Assembly (NCBI GenBank): GCA_046292445.1
Contig: JBKBQT010000004.1
Coordinates: 19,206-83,205, forward strand
Direction of reading: 5' to 3'
DNA: 64,000 nt
Source: Gemmobacter sp.
Lineage (GTDB): Bacteria > Pseudomonadota > Alphaproteobacteria > Rhodobacterales > Rhodobacteraceae
The notes under the pieces were generated by a model that did not search any database, was not told the DNA's origin, and saw only the letters and a program-made list of their open reading frames with translations. The position numbers and the translations under genes were made by a program. This document shows positions 24,123 to 33,491 of the stretch, in pieces (within the stretch, counting starts at the first letter, position 1; each line of letters begins with the position of its first letter).

Positions 24123-25826
24123 TCAGTTCCAGCACGATACCTGCACCGCCAGCGCCCGGCCGATCGCGGTCACATCCTCGGGCGCCATCGCACCACTGCG
24201 CACCGCCGTCGGCACAGCGATGCCCCCGGCCTCCAGCACGGGCGCCACGACCGCGACCGGTGCGAAATATGCAACATCTTCCGGGAGTATCCGGCGGCCG
24301 TTTCCCCCCTGCGGCAGCAGAATCCCGACAACAGCACCCGCCGCGTCGAGCACAGGGCCACCGATATCGCCGGGCAGTGCGGCCAGCCGCGCCCGCGCGA
24401 CCCCGGCCTCGCCTGCAAGCCCGCCCTCGGCCGCGAATGTCCCGAAGGTGAGCACCGGCACCGCAAGCGCTGCGCCGAACGGGAACCCGGCCACCGCCAC
24501 CTCTGCCCCCGGACGCGGCAGCGCCCCCGCCCCGGCGAGGCGCGCCGGGGCAAGCGGCACGCGCGGGCGGAGCACGGCGATCCCCGCGGCCTCGTCGCGC
24601 AGGACGACATCCGCCGCGACCCCACCCTCGACTGTCACCGACCCGCAACCCGCCACCGCCTCGGCCGCCGTCAGAACCGTGCCGCGCGCATCGACAAAGG
24701 CGCCCGACCGCTCGCGCGCCGGGCGGCGCGGCTCCAGCCCCGTCATCATGCCGGCCTTCACCGCCGGATCGAGCGGTTCCAGCGCGGGGTCCAGCGCCCG
24801 GTCCCCGATGGCGCGAAAGCTCCCCCGCATCGCCGCCAGAACCCGCCCCATGCGCACCGCATCGGGCGTGCGCCAGGACAACAGATACCCTTTGATAAGG
24901 CCGCCGGTCAGTTCCGCATAGGCATAGGTCTCGACCATCGCGTTGCTGCCGCGGATCTCGAACGACCGCGCCCGGCGCTCGCGGGGGCCGTCGGGGGGCA
25001 CCATCTCGGCCGCCTGCAGAAGATCATAGAGGGCGAACAGCGCGCCCTGGTCACCCGGCTGGCTGATGAGAACCACCCGCACGCCGCTGTCGCCGCGGGG
25101 CGTATACTGCACGAAGGGCGGCTCGTAGCCGGCGAAGGCGACGAGACCGAGCGGCAGGTCGATCTCGATCCCCGCCTCGGCCTCGGTCACCCGTGTCAGG
25201 CCTAGCTCCGCCACACCCGCCCGCCAGGCCGCGATCAGCGCGGTCCGCTGACGGGCCGTCAGGACGCCGGTCGCCTCGGCACCCTCGGCTGCCTGCCATG
25301 CGCCGATCGCCGCGCGCGTCCCCGGCCCGAAGGCCCCGTCGATGGCCGCGGCATAATGCCCGAACCAGGCGAGTGCGGTCTGGATCTCTTCGCGCGCGGG
25401 CCGGTCCAGCGCGGCCTCGTCCCGGCGGGCATCGGCGAGAGTCTCGCCCTCGGTCACAACGGTCGGTGCGGGGGCCGGCGGCGCAGGCGTATCCGATTGC
25501 GGACCGATCCGGGCGCGGAAATTCCGCCCGTCGGCGAGGAAACTGTCGCCCGGGATCAGCCGGTCGTCGCGCAGCAGGCCAAGCCGCAAAGCCGCGTCGT
25601 CGGCCGCATAGGGCCCCAGCACGATCCCGAACCACCCGGTCGTGAGCGCATAGGCCGACACATCGGGGAAGGCGCCCGCCCAGGCTTGCAACCGCGCGAG
25701 CGCCTCGCGTTCGGAGGGCTGCGCCTCGATCTGGATCCAGCGCGTCTGCGCCGCCGCGCCCTGCGCGACCAGCATCAAGCCCACCGCAAACACCGCCGCG
25801 GCAAACCGCAATCCCAACCGCATCAT
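24123..25826 (-). CDS. Secreted protein: SPOR-like N-domain, peptidoglycan-binding domain, trypsin-like domain with a substituted catalytic triad
   Basis: Signal peptide MMRLGLRFAAAVFAVGLMLVAQGAAAQ. PG_binding_1-like IQTALAWFGHYAAAIDGAFGPGTRAAIGAWQ. C-terminal chymotrypsin-fold sequence, but with TAAEAV, AGIAVL and GDIGGP at the His, Asp and Ser positions. Confidence 0.7.
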   Translation of the reverse strand: MMRLGLRFAAAVFAVGLMLVAQGAAAQTRWIQIEAQPSEREALARLQAWAGAFPDVSAYALTTGWFGIVLGPYAADDAALRLGLLRDDRLIPGDSFLADGRNFRARIGPQSDTPAPPAPAPTVVTEGETLADARRDEAALDRPAREEIQTALAWFGHYAAAIDGAFGPGTRAAIGAWQAAEGAEATGVLTARQRTALIAAWRAGVAELGLTRVTEAEAGIEIDLPLGLVAFAGYEPPFVQYTPRGDSGVRVVLISQPGDQGALFALYDLLQAAEMVPPDGPRERRARSFEIRGSNAMVETYAYAELTGGLIKGYLLSWRTPDAVRMGRVLAAMRGSFRAIGDRALDPALEPLDPAVKAGMMTGLEPRRPARERSGAFVDARGTVLTAAEAVAGCGSVTVEGGVAADVVLRDEAAGIAVLRPRVPLAPARLAGAGALPRPGAEVAVAGFPFGAALAVPVLTFGTFAAEGGLAGEAGVARARLAALPGDIGGPVLDAAGAVVGILLPQGGNGRRILPEDVAYFAPVAVVAPVLEAGGIAVPTAVRSGAMAPEDVTAIGRALAVQVSCWN

Positions 25827-25970
25827 GCCCCTGCCCGCTCCGCCCCGACAACAACCGGGCGCGACCCTAGCAGAGCGATCCGCGCGCGGCCACCCCGCCC
25901 CGCCGCCGATTGACCGCCGCCACGCGACCCACTAGGACGGGCGCGCATCCCGCGCCAAAGGACGTTTCCC

Positions 25971-26903
25971 GTGCCGCAAACGCATGCCCCGCGCAGCTTT
26001 CAGGAGGTGATCCTTCGGCTTCAGGCCTATTGGGCCGGCCAGGGCTGCGCGATCCTGCAACCCTACGACATGGAGGTGGGGGCGGGCACGTTTCACCCGG
26101 CGACGACGCTGCGCGCCCTCGGCCCGCGGCCCTGGGCGGCGGCCTATGTGCAACCCTCGCGACGGCCGACCGACGGACGGTATGGGGAAAACCCGAACCG
26201 TCTCCAGCATTATTACCAGTATCAGGTCATCATCAAACCCTCGCCGCCGGACCTTCAGGATCTTTACCTCGGCAGCCTTGCCGCCATTGGCCTTGACCCG
26301 CTGATGCACGACATCCGCTTTGTCGAGGACGACTGGGAAAGCCCGACGCTCGGCGCATGGGGCCTCGGCTGGGAGGTGTGGTGCGACGGGATGGAGGTGT
26401 CGCAATACACCTATTTCCAGCAGGTCGGCGGGCATGACTGTCGCCCGGTGTCGGGCGAACTGACCTATGGCCTCGAACGCCTCGCGATGTATGTCCTCGG
26501 TGCCGATCACGTCATGGACATGCCGTTCAACGACCCGTCCGCGCCGATCCCGCTGACCTATGGCGACATCTTCCGCCAGACCGAGCGCGAATACAGCCGC
26601 CACAACTTCGACGCTGCCGATACCGCGATGCTGCTGGCCCATTTTGCCGATGCCGAGACCGAATGCGCGCGCCTCCTGGGCTTCGACCCGGTCGATCCCA
26701 AGGCCGGGAACCGCCCGAATGTCATGGCCCATCCGGCCTATGACCAGTGCATCAAGGCCAGCCATCTCTTCAACCTGCTCGATGCGCGGGGCGTGATCTC
26801 GGTCACCGAGCGGCAAGCGTATATCGGCCGCGTGCGGGCGCTCGCCAAGGCCTGCGCCGATGCCTATGTCGCGACCGAGGCCGGGGGCGGGGCTGCGGCG
26901 TGA
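25971..26903 (+). CDS. glyQ: Glycine--tRNA ligase alpha subunit
   Basis: 310 aa with a GTG start. [44 protein letters not shown] is canonical GlyQ. Confidence 0.97.
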   Translation: MPQTHAPRSFQEVILRLQAYWAGQGCAILQPYDMEVGAGTFHPATTLRALGPRPWAAAYVQPSRRPTDGRYGENPNRLQHYYQYQVIIKPSPPDLQDLYLGSLAAIGLDPLMHDIRFVEDDWESPTLGAWGLGWEVWCDGMEVSQYTYFQQVGGHDCRPVSGELTYGLERLAMYVLGADHVMDMPFNDPSAPIPLTYGDIFRQTEREYSRHNFDAADTAMLLAHFADAETECARLLGFDPVDPKAGNRPNVMAHPAYDQCIKASHLFNLLDARGVISVTERQAYIGRVRALAKACADAYVATEAGGGAAA

Positions 26904-27373
26904 CCGGGCGCATCGCGGTCGGATTCATCGTGGTGGCGGCGCTGATTGCCGGCGCGGCACTCTGGTGGTTGCAGGAATATGCGTTCTACGACCGCGTCGC
27001 CTTCGCGGCCGGCGCCGAGATCCTGCTGACCCCCGCCGCGGGCGGCCCGCCCGAGCCGATCCCGGTGGAGGGCGTCACGGGCATCGATGCCACCAGCTCG
27101 CCCATCCGCTTCCGCGCCTGCTTCCGCACATCCCTGCCGCTCGCGGTCCTGTCCGAAACCTATGCCCCCTATCCCGCGGCGGTCCCGCTTGTGGCGCCCC
27201 GCTGGTTTGCGTGCTTCGACGCGGCGATGATCGGCGCCGCGCTGGAGCGGGGCGAGGCGCGCGCCTTTCTGTCCGAGGCGCAGGCACGCCGCGACGTGGA
27301 CCGCGTCGTTGCCGTTTTCCCCGACGGGCGCGGCTTTGCCTGGACCCAGCTTGCACCCGGGGCGGCGCGATGA
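26900..27373 (+). CDS. Hypothetical membrane-anchored protein
   Basis: 157 aa from the GTG at 26900, overlapping the glyQ TGA. One N-terminal TM ([20 protein letters not shown]). The stop overlaps the gltS ATG. Confidence 0.55.
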   Translation: MTGRIAVGFIVVAALIAGAALWWLQEYAFYDRVAFAAGAEILLTPAAGGPPEPIPVEGVTGIDATSSPIRFRACFRTSLPLAVLSETYAPYPAAVPLVAPRWFACFDAAMIGAALERGEARAFLSEAQARRDVDRVVAVFPDGRGFAWTQLAPGAAR

Positions 27374-28590
27374 CCGCCGACGGCCTTGCGCTCGACAGTT
27401 TCGAGACGGCAACGCTAGCATTTCTCGCATATCTCGCCGGTGCTCATATCACCCGTCAGGTGGCTTTCCTGCGGAATTTCAACATTCCTGAACCAGTGAC
27501 GGGTGGGCTGATCGCCGCCTTCGCAGTTCTGGGTTTCCAGCTTGCCGGGGGGCCGGCGGTGACGTTTGACCTTGCGCTGCGCGATTATCTCCTGGTGGTT
27601 TTCTTCGCCGGGATCGGCCTCAACGCGCGTCTCGGCGATCTGGCGCGCGGCGGACGCCCGCTGCTGATCCTCGTGATCCTCACGGTCGCGCTGATCCTGG
27701 CGCAGAACATCGGCGGCACGCTCACGGCCGTGGTCTTCGGCCTGCCGGCGGCATCCGGTGTCCTGCTCGGATCGGCCAGCCTGACCGGAGGCCACGGAAC
27801 GACCATCGCATGGGCACCCGAGATCGCGGCGGCAACCGGGCGCGCGGGGCTGATGGAGCTTGGCATCGCCTCGGCAACGCTGGGCCTGATCGTCGCGGCG
27901 CTGATCGGCGGGCCGCTGGCCAAGGCGCTGATTACCCGGCACCGCATCGCCCCGCCCGATCCGGGCGAGGAACAATCCGTGGGCCTCGGCTGGGCCGACG
28001 AGGCGCGGGCCGGCATCACGCCCGTCACGCTGGTGCATGCGCTGTTCGTTCTGCACCTCGTGATCGTCGCGGGCATGGCCGTGCATGGGGCGATCCTCTG
28101 GGCCGGGCTCAAGCTGCCGCTGTTCGTGCCCTGCATGCTGGTCGCGATCCTCGCCGCGAACCTCTACCCGGTCCTTCTGCCTCGCGCCCCGCGCATCGCG
28201 CGCAGCCCGACGCTCGCGCTCGTCACCGATTTCGCGCTCGGCGTGTTCCTCGCGATGTCGCTGATGGCGATGAACCTCGCGGCGCTGGCCGATATCGGCG
28301 CGGTCGTCGCAGCGTCGCTGATGGTCCAGACGGCGCTCGCGCTGGTCTTCATCGCGGCGCTGGTGTTCCCGTTGATGGGGCGCGGGCATGAGGCCGCGGT
28401 GCTGTCGGCCGGCTTTGCCGGCTTTGCGCTCGGCGCGACGCCGACCGCCATCGCCAACATGACGGCGGTGACCAAGCGCCATGGCCCCGCGCCCGTCGCC
28501 TTCGTCATCCTGCCGCTCGTCTCCGCGTTCTTCGTCGATCTCGCCAATGCGACGATCATCCAAGGTTTCCTTGCAGTGCTAGGCCCCTGA
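27370..28590 (+). CDS. gltS: Sodium/glutamate symporter
   Basis: 406 aa, collinear with E. coli GltS (FNIPEPVTGGLIAA, FFAGIGLNARL, LTGGHGT, GFALGATPTAIANM). The ATG at 27370 overlaps the upstream TGA. Confidence 0.9.
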   Translation: MTADGLALDSFETATLAFLAYLAGAHITRQVAFLRNFNIPEPVTGGLIAAFAVLGFQLAGGPAVTFDLALRDYLLVVFFAGIGLNARLGDLARGGRPLLILVILTVALILAQNIGGTLTAVVFGLPAASGVLLGSASLTGGHGTTIAWAPEIAAATGRAGLMELGIASATLGLIVAALIGGPLAKALITRHRIAPPDPGEEQSVGLGWADEARAGITPVTLVHALFVLHLVIVAGMAVHGAILWAGLKLPLFVPCMLVAILAANLYPVLLPRAPRIARSPTLALVTDFALGVFLAMSLMAMNLAALADIGAVVAASLMVQTALALVFIAALVFPLMGRGHEAAVLSAGFAGFALGATPTAIANMTAVTKRHGPAPVAFVILPLVSAFFVDLANATIIQGFLAVLGP

Positions 28591-30665
28591 TGCCCGACCT
28601 TCTGATCGAACTCTTCTCCGAGGAAATCCCCGCCCGGATGCAGCCACGCGCGCGCGACGACCTGCGGCGCCTGATGACCGAGGGGCTGGTGCAAGCGGGG
28701 CTGACCTATGCCGCCGCCGGTGCGCTTTCGACGCCGAGGCGCCTTGCGCTCCATATCGAGGGGCTCGCCGCCGCCTCGCCCCGCACGATCGAAGAGCGCA
28801 AGGGGCCGCGCACCGATGCGCCGCAGGCGGCCATCGACGGGTTCCTGCGGGCCACGGGCCTGCCGCTCGAGGCGCTCGAGCGGCGCGCTGACAAGAAGGG
28901 CGAGGTCTATTTCGCCCGGATCGAGCGCCCCGGCCGCCCGGCTGCCGAGATCGTCGCCGAGGTGCTCGAGGCGACCATCCGCAACTTCCCCTGGCCGCGG
29001 TCGATGCGCTGGGGCCTTGCATCGGCCGGCGAGACCGCATTGCGCTGGGTGCGCCCGCTGCAATCCATCCTCTGCATCCTGACGACCGAGGCAGGGGCCG
29101 AGATCGTGCCGCTGGCGCTCGACGGGATGACCGCCGGCAACACCACCCGCGGCCATCGGTTCCATGCACCCGAACCCTTTGCCGTAGCGTCGTTCGACGA
29201 CTATGCCGCAAAACTGCGCGCCGCGCGTGTCATCCTCGACCCGGCCGAGCGGGCTGCGGCGATCTGGCACGAGGCCACGACGCTCGCTTTCGCGCGGGGC
29301 CTCGAGGTCGTCCCGGATCCCGCGCTGCTCGAGGAGGTAGCGGGTCTGGTCGAATGGCCGGTCGTCCTGATGGGGCCGATCGGCGCGGCGTTCCTGCACC
29401 TGCCGCCCGAAGTGCTGCAAACGGCGATGCGCACGCATCAGAAGTTCTTTTCTGTCAGGAATCCGGCCTCGGGGCGGATCGAGGGCTTCATCACGGTTGC
29501 AAATGTGCAAGCGGCCGATGGCGGCGCGGCGATCCTGAACGGCAATTCCCGCGTCCTCGCCGCCCGCCTGTCGGATGCCCGGTTCTTCTGGGACAACGAT
29601 CTGCGCGTGGTGGAGGCCGAGGGCCTCGAGGGGATGGCAGCCGGCCTGTCGGCCGTCACCTTCCACAACCGCCTCGGGTCGCAAGCCGACCGCGTGGCCC
29701 GCATCGTGGCGCTGGCGCGCGACATCGCGCCGCGCGTCGGCGCCGATCCAGCGCTGGCCGAACTGGCCGCCCGGATCGCGAAGGCCGATCTGCAATCGGC
29801 GATGGTCGGCGAGTTTCCCGAACTGCAGGGGACCATGGGCCGCTACTACGCCCTGCATGCCGGCCTGCCGGCGGCCGTGGCCGACGCGGCCCGCGACCAC
29901 TATTCGCCGCTCGGCCCCTCCGACGCGGTGCCGACCGAACCCGTCTCGGTCGCCGTGGCGCTGGCAGACAAGATCGACACGCTGACGGGGTTCTGGGCCA
30001 TCGACGAAAAGCCCACGGGGTCCAAGGACCCGTTCGCGCTGCGGCGGGCGGGGCTCGGGGTGATCCGGCTGGTGCTGGCGAATGGCCTGCGCCTCGGGCT
30101 GCTGGACACCGCGGCGGCCGCACCGCACGCGGCCGATGCCGCCGATCTCTTGGCCTTCCTGCACGACCGCCTCAAGGTCCACCTGCGCGAACAGGGCATC
30201 CGCCACGATGTGATCGACGCCTGCCTCGCGATGCCGGGCAGCGACGACATCGCCCTGCTGGTCAAGCGCGCCGAGGCGCTTGCCGCCTTCCTGCGGACCG
30301 AGGACGGCGAGAACCTCCTGCAGGGTTTCCGCCGGGCGAGCAACATCCTCGCCCAGGCCGAGGCGAAGGACGGCGTCGAATATTCCTTCGGCGCCGACCC
30401 GAAATTCGCCGACGGGCCGGAGGAGGCCGCGCTCTTCGCTGCGCTCGACGCCGCCGAGGCGGCGATAGATCCCGCGCTGGCCGCCGAGGATTTCGCCGCC
30501 GCCATGCGTGCGATGGCCGCGCTGCGGACCCCCATCGACGCATTCTTCACGGCAGTGCAGGTCAACGCCGACAATCCGATCATCCGGCGCAACCGGCTCA
30601 ACCTGCTGCACCGTATCCGGGCGCTCTGCAGCCGCGCGGCGGCGCTGTCGCGGCTCGAAGGGTAG
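28590..30665 (+). CDS. glyS: Glycine--tRNA ligase beta subunit
   Basis: 691 aa. MPDLLIELFSEEIPARMQ is a canonical GlyS N-terminus. The start overlaps the gltS stop (TGATG at 28588-28592). Confidence 0.97.
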   Translation: MPDLLIELFSEEIPARMQPRARDDLRRLMTEGLVQAGLTYAAAGALSTPRRLALHIEGLAAASPRTIEERKGPRTDAPQAAIDGFLRATGLPLEALERRADKKGEVYFARIERPGRPAAEIVAEVLEATIRNFPWPRSMRWGLASAGETALRWVRPLQSILCILTTEAGAEIVPLALDGMTAGNTTRGHRFHAPEPFAVASFDDYAAKLRAARVILDPAERAAAIWHEATTLAFARGLEVVPDPALLEEVAGLVEWPVVLMGPIGAAFLHLPPEVLQTAMRTHQKFFSVRNPASGRIEGFITVANVQAADGGAAILNGNSRVLAARLSDARFFWDNDLRVVEAEGLEGMAAGLSAVTFHNRLGSQADRVARIVALARDIAPRVGADPALAELAARIAKADLQSAMVGEFPELQGTMGRYYALHAGLPAAVADAARDHYSPLGPSDAVPTEPVSVAVALADKIDTLTGFWAIDEKPTGSKDPFALRRAGLGVIRLVLANGLRLGLLDTAAAAPHAADAADLLAFLHDRLKVHLREQGIRHDVIDACLAMPGSDDIALLVKRAEALAAFLRTEDGENLLQGFRRASNILAQAEAKDGVEYSFGADPKFADGPEEAALFAALDAAEAAIDPALAAEDFAAAMRAMAALRTPIDAFFTAVQVNADNPIIRRNRLNLLHRIRALCSRAAALSRLEG

Positions 30666-30817
30666 CACGGGGCACTTGCCCAAAAGCCCCACGCCCGCGA
30701 AGGCGCAAGGCGGCGCAGCCTCCACCCCTGCGGGGAAAGGGAAGTGCGGATGCGTTCCGCGGCCCGGGTCGCGGCATGGCCGGCCGGAACGCGACATCCA
30801 TGCGACGATTGTCAGAC

Positions 30818-30845
30818 TTGCGTGACAGTCCATCCCGCGTATGCT
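30818..30845 (+). promoter_or_regulatory. Candidate sigma70-type promoter for the ppdK-like gene
   Basis: TTGCGT (30818-30823), 16-nt spacer, TATGCT (30840-30845), about 27 nt upstream of the GTG at 30872, with AAAGGA RBS in between. Pattern match only. Confidence 0.3.
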
Positions 30846-30871
30846 GCGCCGACGGTCGAAAGGATGCCGCA

Positions 30872-33442
30872 GTGCAGAGAACAGCCGATTCCCGCGACTT
30901 CGCGGTCCTTTCACCCTCGGCCGGCGTTGCCGCGGCGACCCATGGCTGGCGGGCCAAGTGCCTGCAAAGGCTGATCCGGCTCGATCTGCCGGTGCCGCGG
31001 TCGGTCGCGCTGTCCTTCGCGGCCGTGCGCGCCATTGCGGCCGGACACCCGCCCGAGGTCGCAGCGATTCTCGACGCATTCGGCGCGGCGCCGCTCGTCT
31101 CGGTGCGGCCGAGCCCCGAAAACCCCGAATGGGGCGGACCCGGCACGATCCTCAACATCGGGATGAACGACGCCCGCCATGCTGCGCTGAGCGAAACGCA
31201 GGGGCCCGAGGCGGCGACCGCGCTCTACCTGCGCTTCGTGCAGACCTATGCGGTGCATGTCGCGCGGCTCGACCCCGACCGGTTCGATGCCGCCCCCTCG
31301 GCCAAGGCGCTGCGCGATGCGCTGGCCGCCTATGAGGACGAGACGGACGAGCCCTTTCCCCAGGACCCCGCCCGGCAACTGGCCGAGGCGCTGCGCTCCA
31401 TGGCGCGGGCGTGGGAGGGAACGACGGCGCGCCTGCTCCGGCAGGCCAAGGGCGCCCCGGCCGAGGCCGGGCTGGGCCTTATCGTGCAGGCGATGGCACT
31501 CGGCCTTGGCCATGGGGTGTCGGGATCGGGCGTCATCCAGTTCGTCGATCCGGTGACGGGCACGGCGCAGATCACCGGGCGCTATCTCGGCCAGAGCCTC
31601 GGGCGCGATGCGCTGGCGCGTCAGGCCGACGGGGCGATCTACCTCACGCGCGATCCGCGCGGACCGTCGCTTGAAGATCTCGCACCCGGCATCTTCGATG
31701 CGTTGCTGCGCCACGGTGCCGCCTGTCGCGCGCGCCTGCGCGAAGAGATGCAGATCGAATTCACGGTGGAGAACGGCACGCTCCACGTCCTCGACGCGGT
31801 GAAGGCGCCGCGGTCGGCGCGCGCCGGGCTGCGCATCGCCGTCGCGCTCGCCGATGACGGGATCATCGGCCAGGACGAGGCGGTGCTGCGGGTCGAGCCG
31901 AGCGCGCTCAACGCCCTGCTCCACCCGCAGGTCGATCCGCGCAGCCCGCGCGACGTGATCGCCCGCGGCATCGCGGCGAGCCCCGGCGCGGCGACCGGCC
32001 GGCTTGTGTTCAGTGCCAATGCGGCGCAGGCGATGGCGGCCAAGGGCGAGGCCTGCATCCTCGTGCGGCGGGAAACAGCGCCCGAGGACATCCGCGGCAT
32101 GCACGCCGCGCGGGGCGTGCTGACCGAACGCGGCGGGATGACCAGCCATGCGGCGGTGATCGCCCGCGGCTTCGGCCTGCCCTGCGTCGTGGGGGCTGCG
32201 GGCATCCGGCTTGACGGGCGCGACAAGCGGATGGTGACCGCCGACGGGCGGGTCTTCCGCGAGGGCGACCTCATCACGCTCGACGGCACGGCGGGCGAGG
32301 CGCTGGCAGGGGAAACCGCGATGCTGGCGCCCGCGCTCGGCGGCGATTTCCGCAAGCTGCTGGCCTGGGCCGACGAGTTCCGCGACATCGGCGTGCGGGC
32401 CAATGCCGACACGCCGGCCGATGCGCAGACGGCGCGCGATTTCGAGGCTGAGGGGATCGGCCTTTGCCGGACCGAGCACATGTTCTTCGACGAGGACCGG
32501 CTGATCGTCATGCGCGAGATGATCTTTGCCGACACGGCCGCGGATCGCGCCTCGGCGCTCGAACGCCTGCTGCCGATGCAGCGCGAGGATTTCATCCATC
32601 TCTTCAGCATCATGAAGGACCGTCCGGTCTGCATACGGCTGTTCGACCCGCCGCTCCACGAATTCCTGCCGCAGACGCGCGAGGGGCTGCGCGCGCTGGC
32701 CGAGGCGCTCGACAAGCCGCTGAGCGACATCACCCGCCGCGCCGAGGCGCTCAGCGAGGTCAACCCGATGCTCGGCATGCGCGGGGTGCGGCTGGGCGTG
32801 GTGCTGCCGGAAATCTACGAAATGCAGGTGCGCGCGATCTTCGAGGCGACGATCGCCGTCGGGCGGCGCGGCGTGTCGATGGTGCCCGAGATCATGATCC
32901 CCCTTGTGTCCGCGATGCGCGAGGTCGAGCTCGTCAAGACTCGGATCGAGGCGGTCGCGGCCCAGGTGCGCACACGGCGCGGCGTGCCCTTCGACTACAA
33001 GCTGGGCGTGATGGTCGAAACCCCGCGCGCCGCGCTACGCGCCGGCGACATCGCCAGCCATGTGTCGTTCCTGTCCTTCGGCACGAACGATCTGACGCAG
33101 ATGACCTATGGCCTGTCGCGCGACGATGCGGGGCGGTTCATGTCGGCATATGTCCAGCAGGGCGTGTTCCCCGAGGATCCCTTCCACATGCTCGACGTCG
33201 AGGGGGTGGGCGAGCTCCTGCTGATCGGGGCGCAGCGGGGGCGGAAGGCGCGGCCGGGGCTCACCCTGTCGGTCTGCGGCGAACACGGCGGCAACCCGGA
33301 ATCGATCGCCTTCTGCCGCAAGGCAGGGTTCGATTATGTCTCCTGCTCGCCGTTCCGGGTGCCGCTCGCGCGGCTGGCGGCGGCGCATCTGGCACTGGCC
33401 GACCGGCGCATCGGCGCTCGCACCTCCGAGGCGGCGGAATAG
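30872..33442 (+). CDS. Pyruvate, phosphate dikinase homolog (PEP-utilising enzyme) with a divergent nucleotide-binding domain
   Basis: 856 aa from the GTG at 30872; the upstream part of the track ORF is antisense junk over glyS. The phosphohistidine motif GGMTSHAAVIARG and the PEP/pyruvate motifs FLSFGTNDLTQMTYGLSRDD and VCGEHGGNPESI are intact. Confidence 0.85.
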   Translation: MQRTADSRDFAVLSPSAGVAAATHGWRAKCLQRLIRLDLPVPRSVALSFAAVRAIAAGHPPEVAAILDAFGAAPLVSVRPSPENPEWGGPGTILNIGMNDARHAALSETQGPEAATALYLRFVQTYAVHVARLDPDRFDAAPSAKALRDALAAYEDETDEPFPQDPARQLAEALRSMARAWEGTTARLLRQAKGAPAEAGLGLIVQAMALGLGHGVSGSGVIQFVDPVTGTAQITGRYLGQSLGRDALARQADGAIYLTRDPRGPSLEDLAPGIFDALLRHGAACRARLREEMQIEFTVENGTLHVLDAVKAPRSARAGLRIAVALADDGIIGQDEAVLRVEPSALNALLHPQVDPRSPRDVIARGIAASPGAATGRLVFSANAAQAMAAKGEACILVRRETAPEDIRGMHAARGVLTERGGMTSHAAVIARGFGLPCVVGAAGIRLDGRDKRMVTADGRVFREGDLITLDGTAGEALAGETAMLAPALGGDFRKLLAWADEFRDIGVRANADTPADAQTARDFEAEGIGLCRTEHMFFDEDRLIVMREMIFADTAADRASALERLLPMQREDFIHLFSIMKDRPVCIRLFDPPLHEFLPQTREGLRALAEALDKPLSDITRRAEALSEVNPMLGMRGVRLGVVLPEIYEMQVRAIFEATIAVGRRGVSMVPEIMIPLVSAMREVELVKTRIEAVAAQVRTRRGVPFDYKLGVMVETPRAALRAGDIASHVSFLSFGTNDLTQMTYGLSRDDAGRFMSAYVQQGVFPEDPFHMLDVEGVGELLLIGAQRGRKARPGLTLSVCGEHGGNPESIAFCRKAGFDYVSCSPFRVPLARLAAAHLALADRRIGARTSEAAE

Positions 33443-33491
33443 ACGGACGGCCGCGCTTGCGCGGTTGGCCGGCCTCGCCTATTGCCCGGCC

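Noticed and set aside
28164-31079. A 971-aa minus-strand ORF, and the 1362-aa plus ORF starting at 29354.
   Set aside because: The minus ORF is antisense to glyS. The first roughly 500 codons of the 29354 ORF overlap glyS out of frame, and only the part from the GTG at 30872 is PPDK-like.
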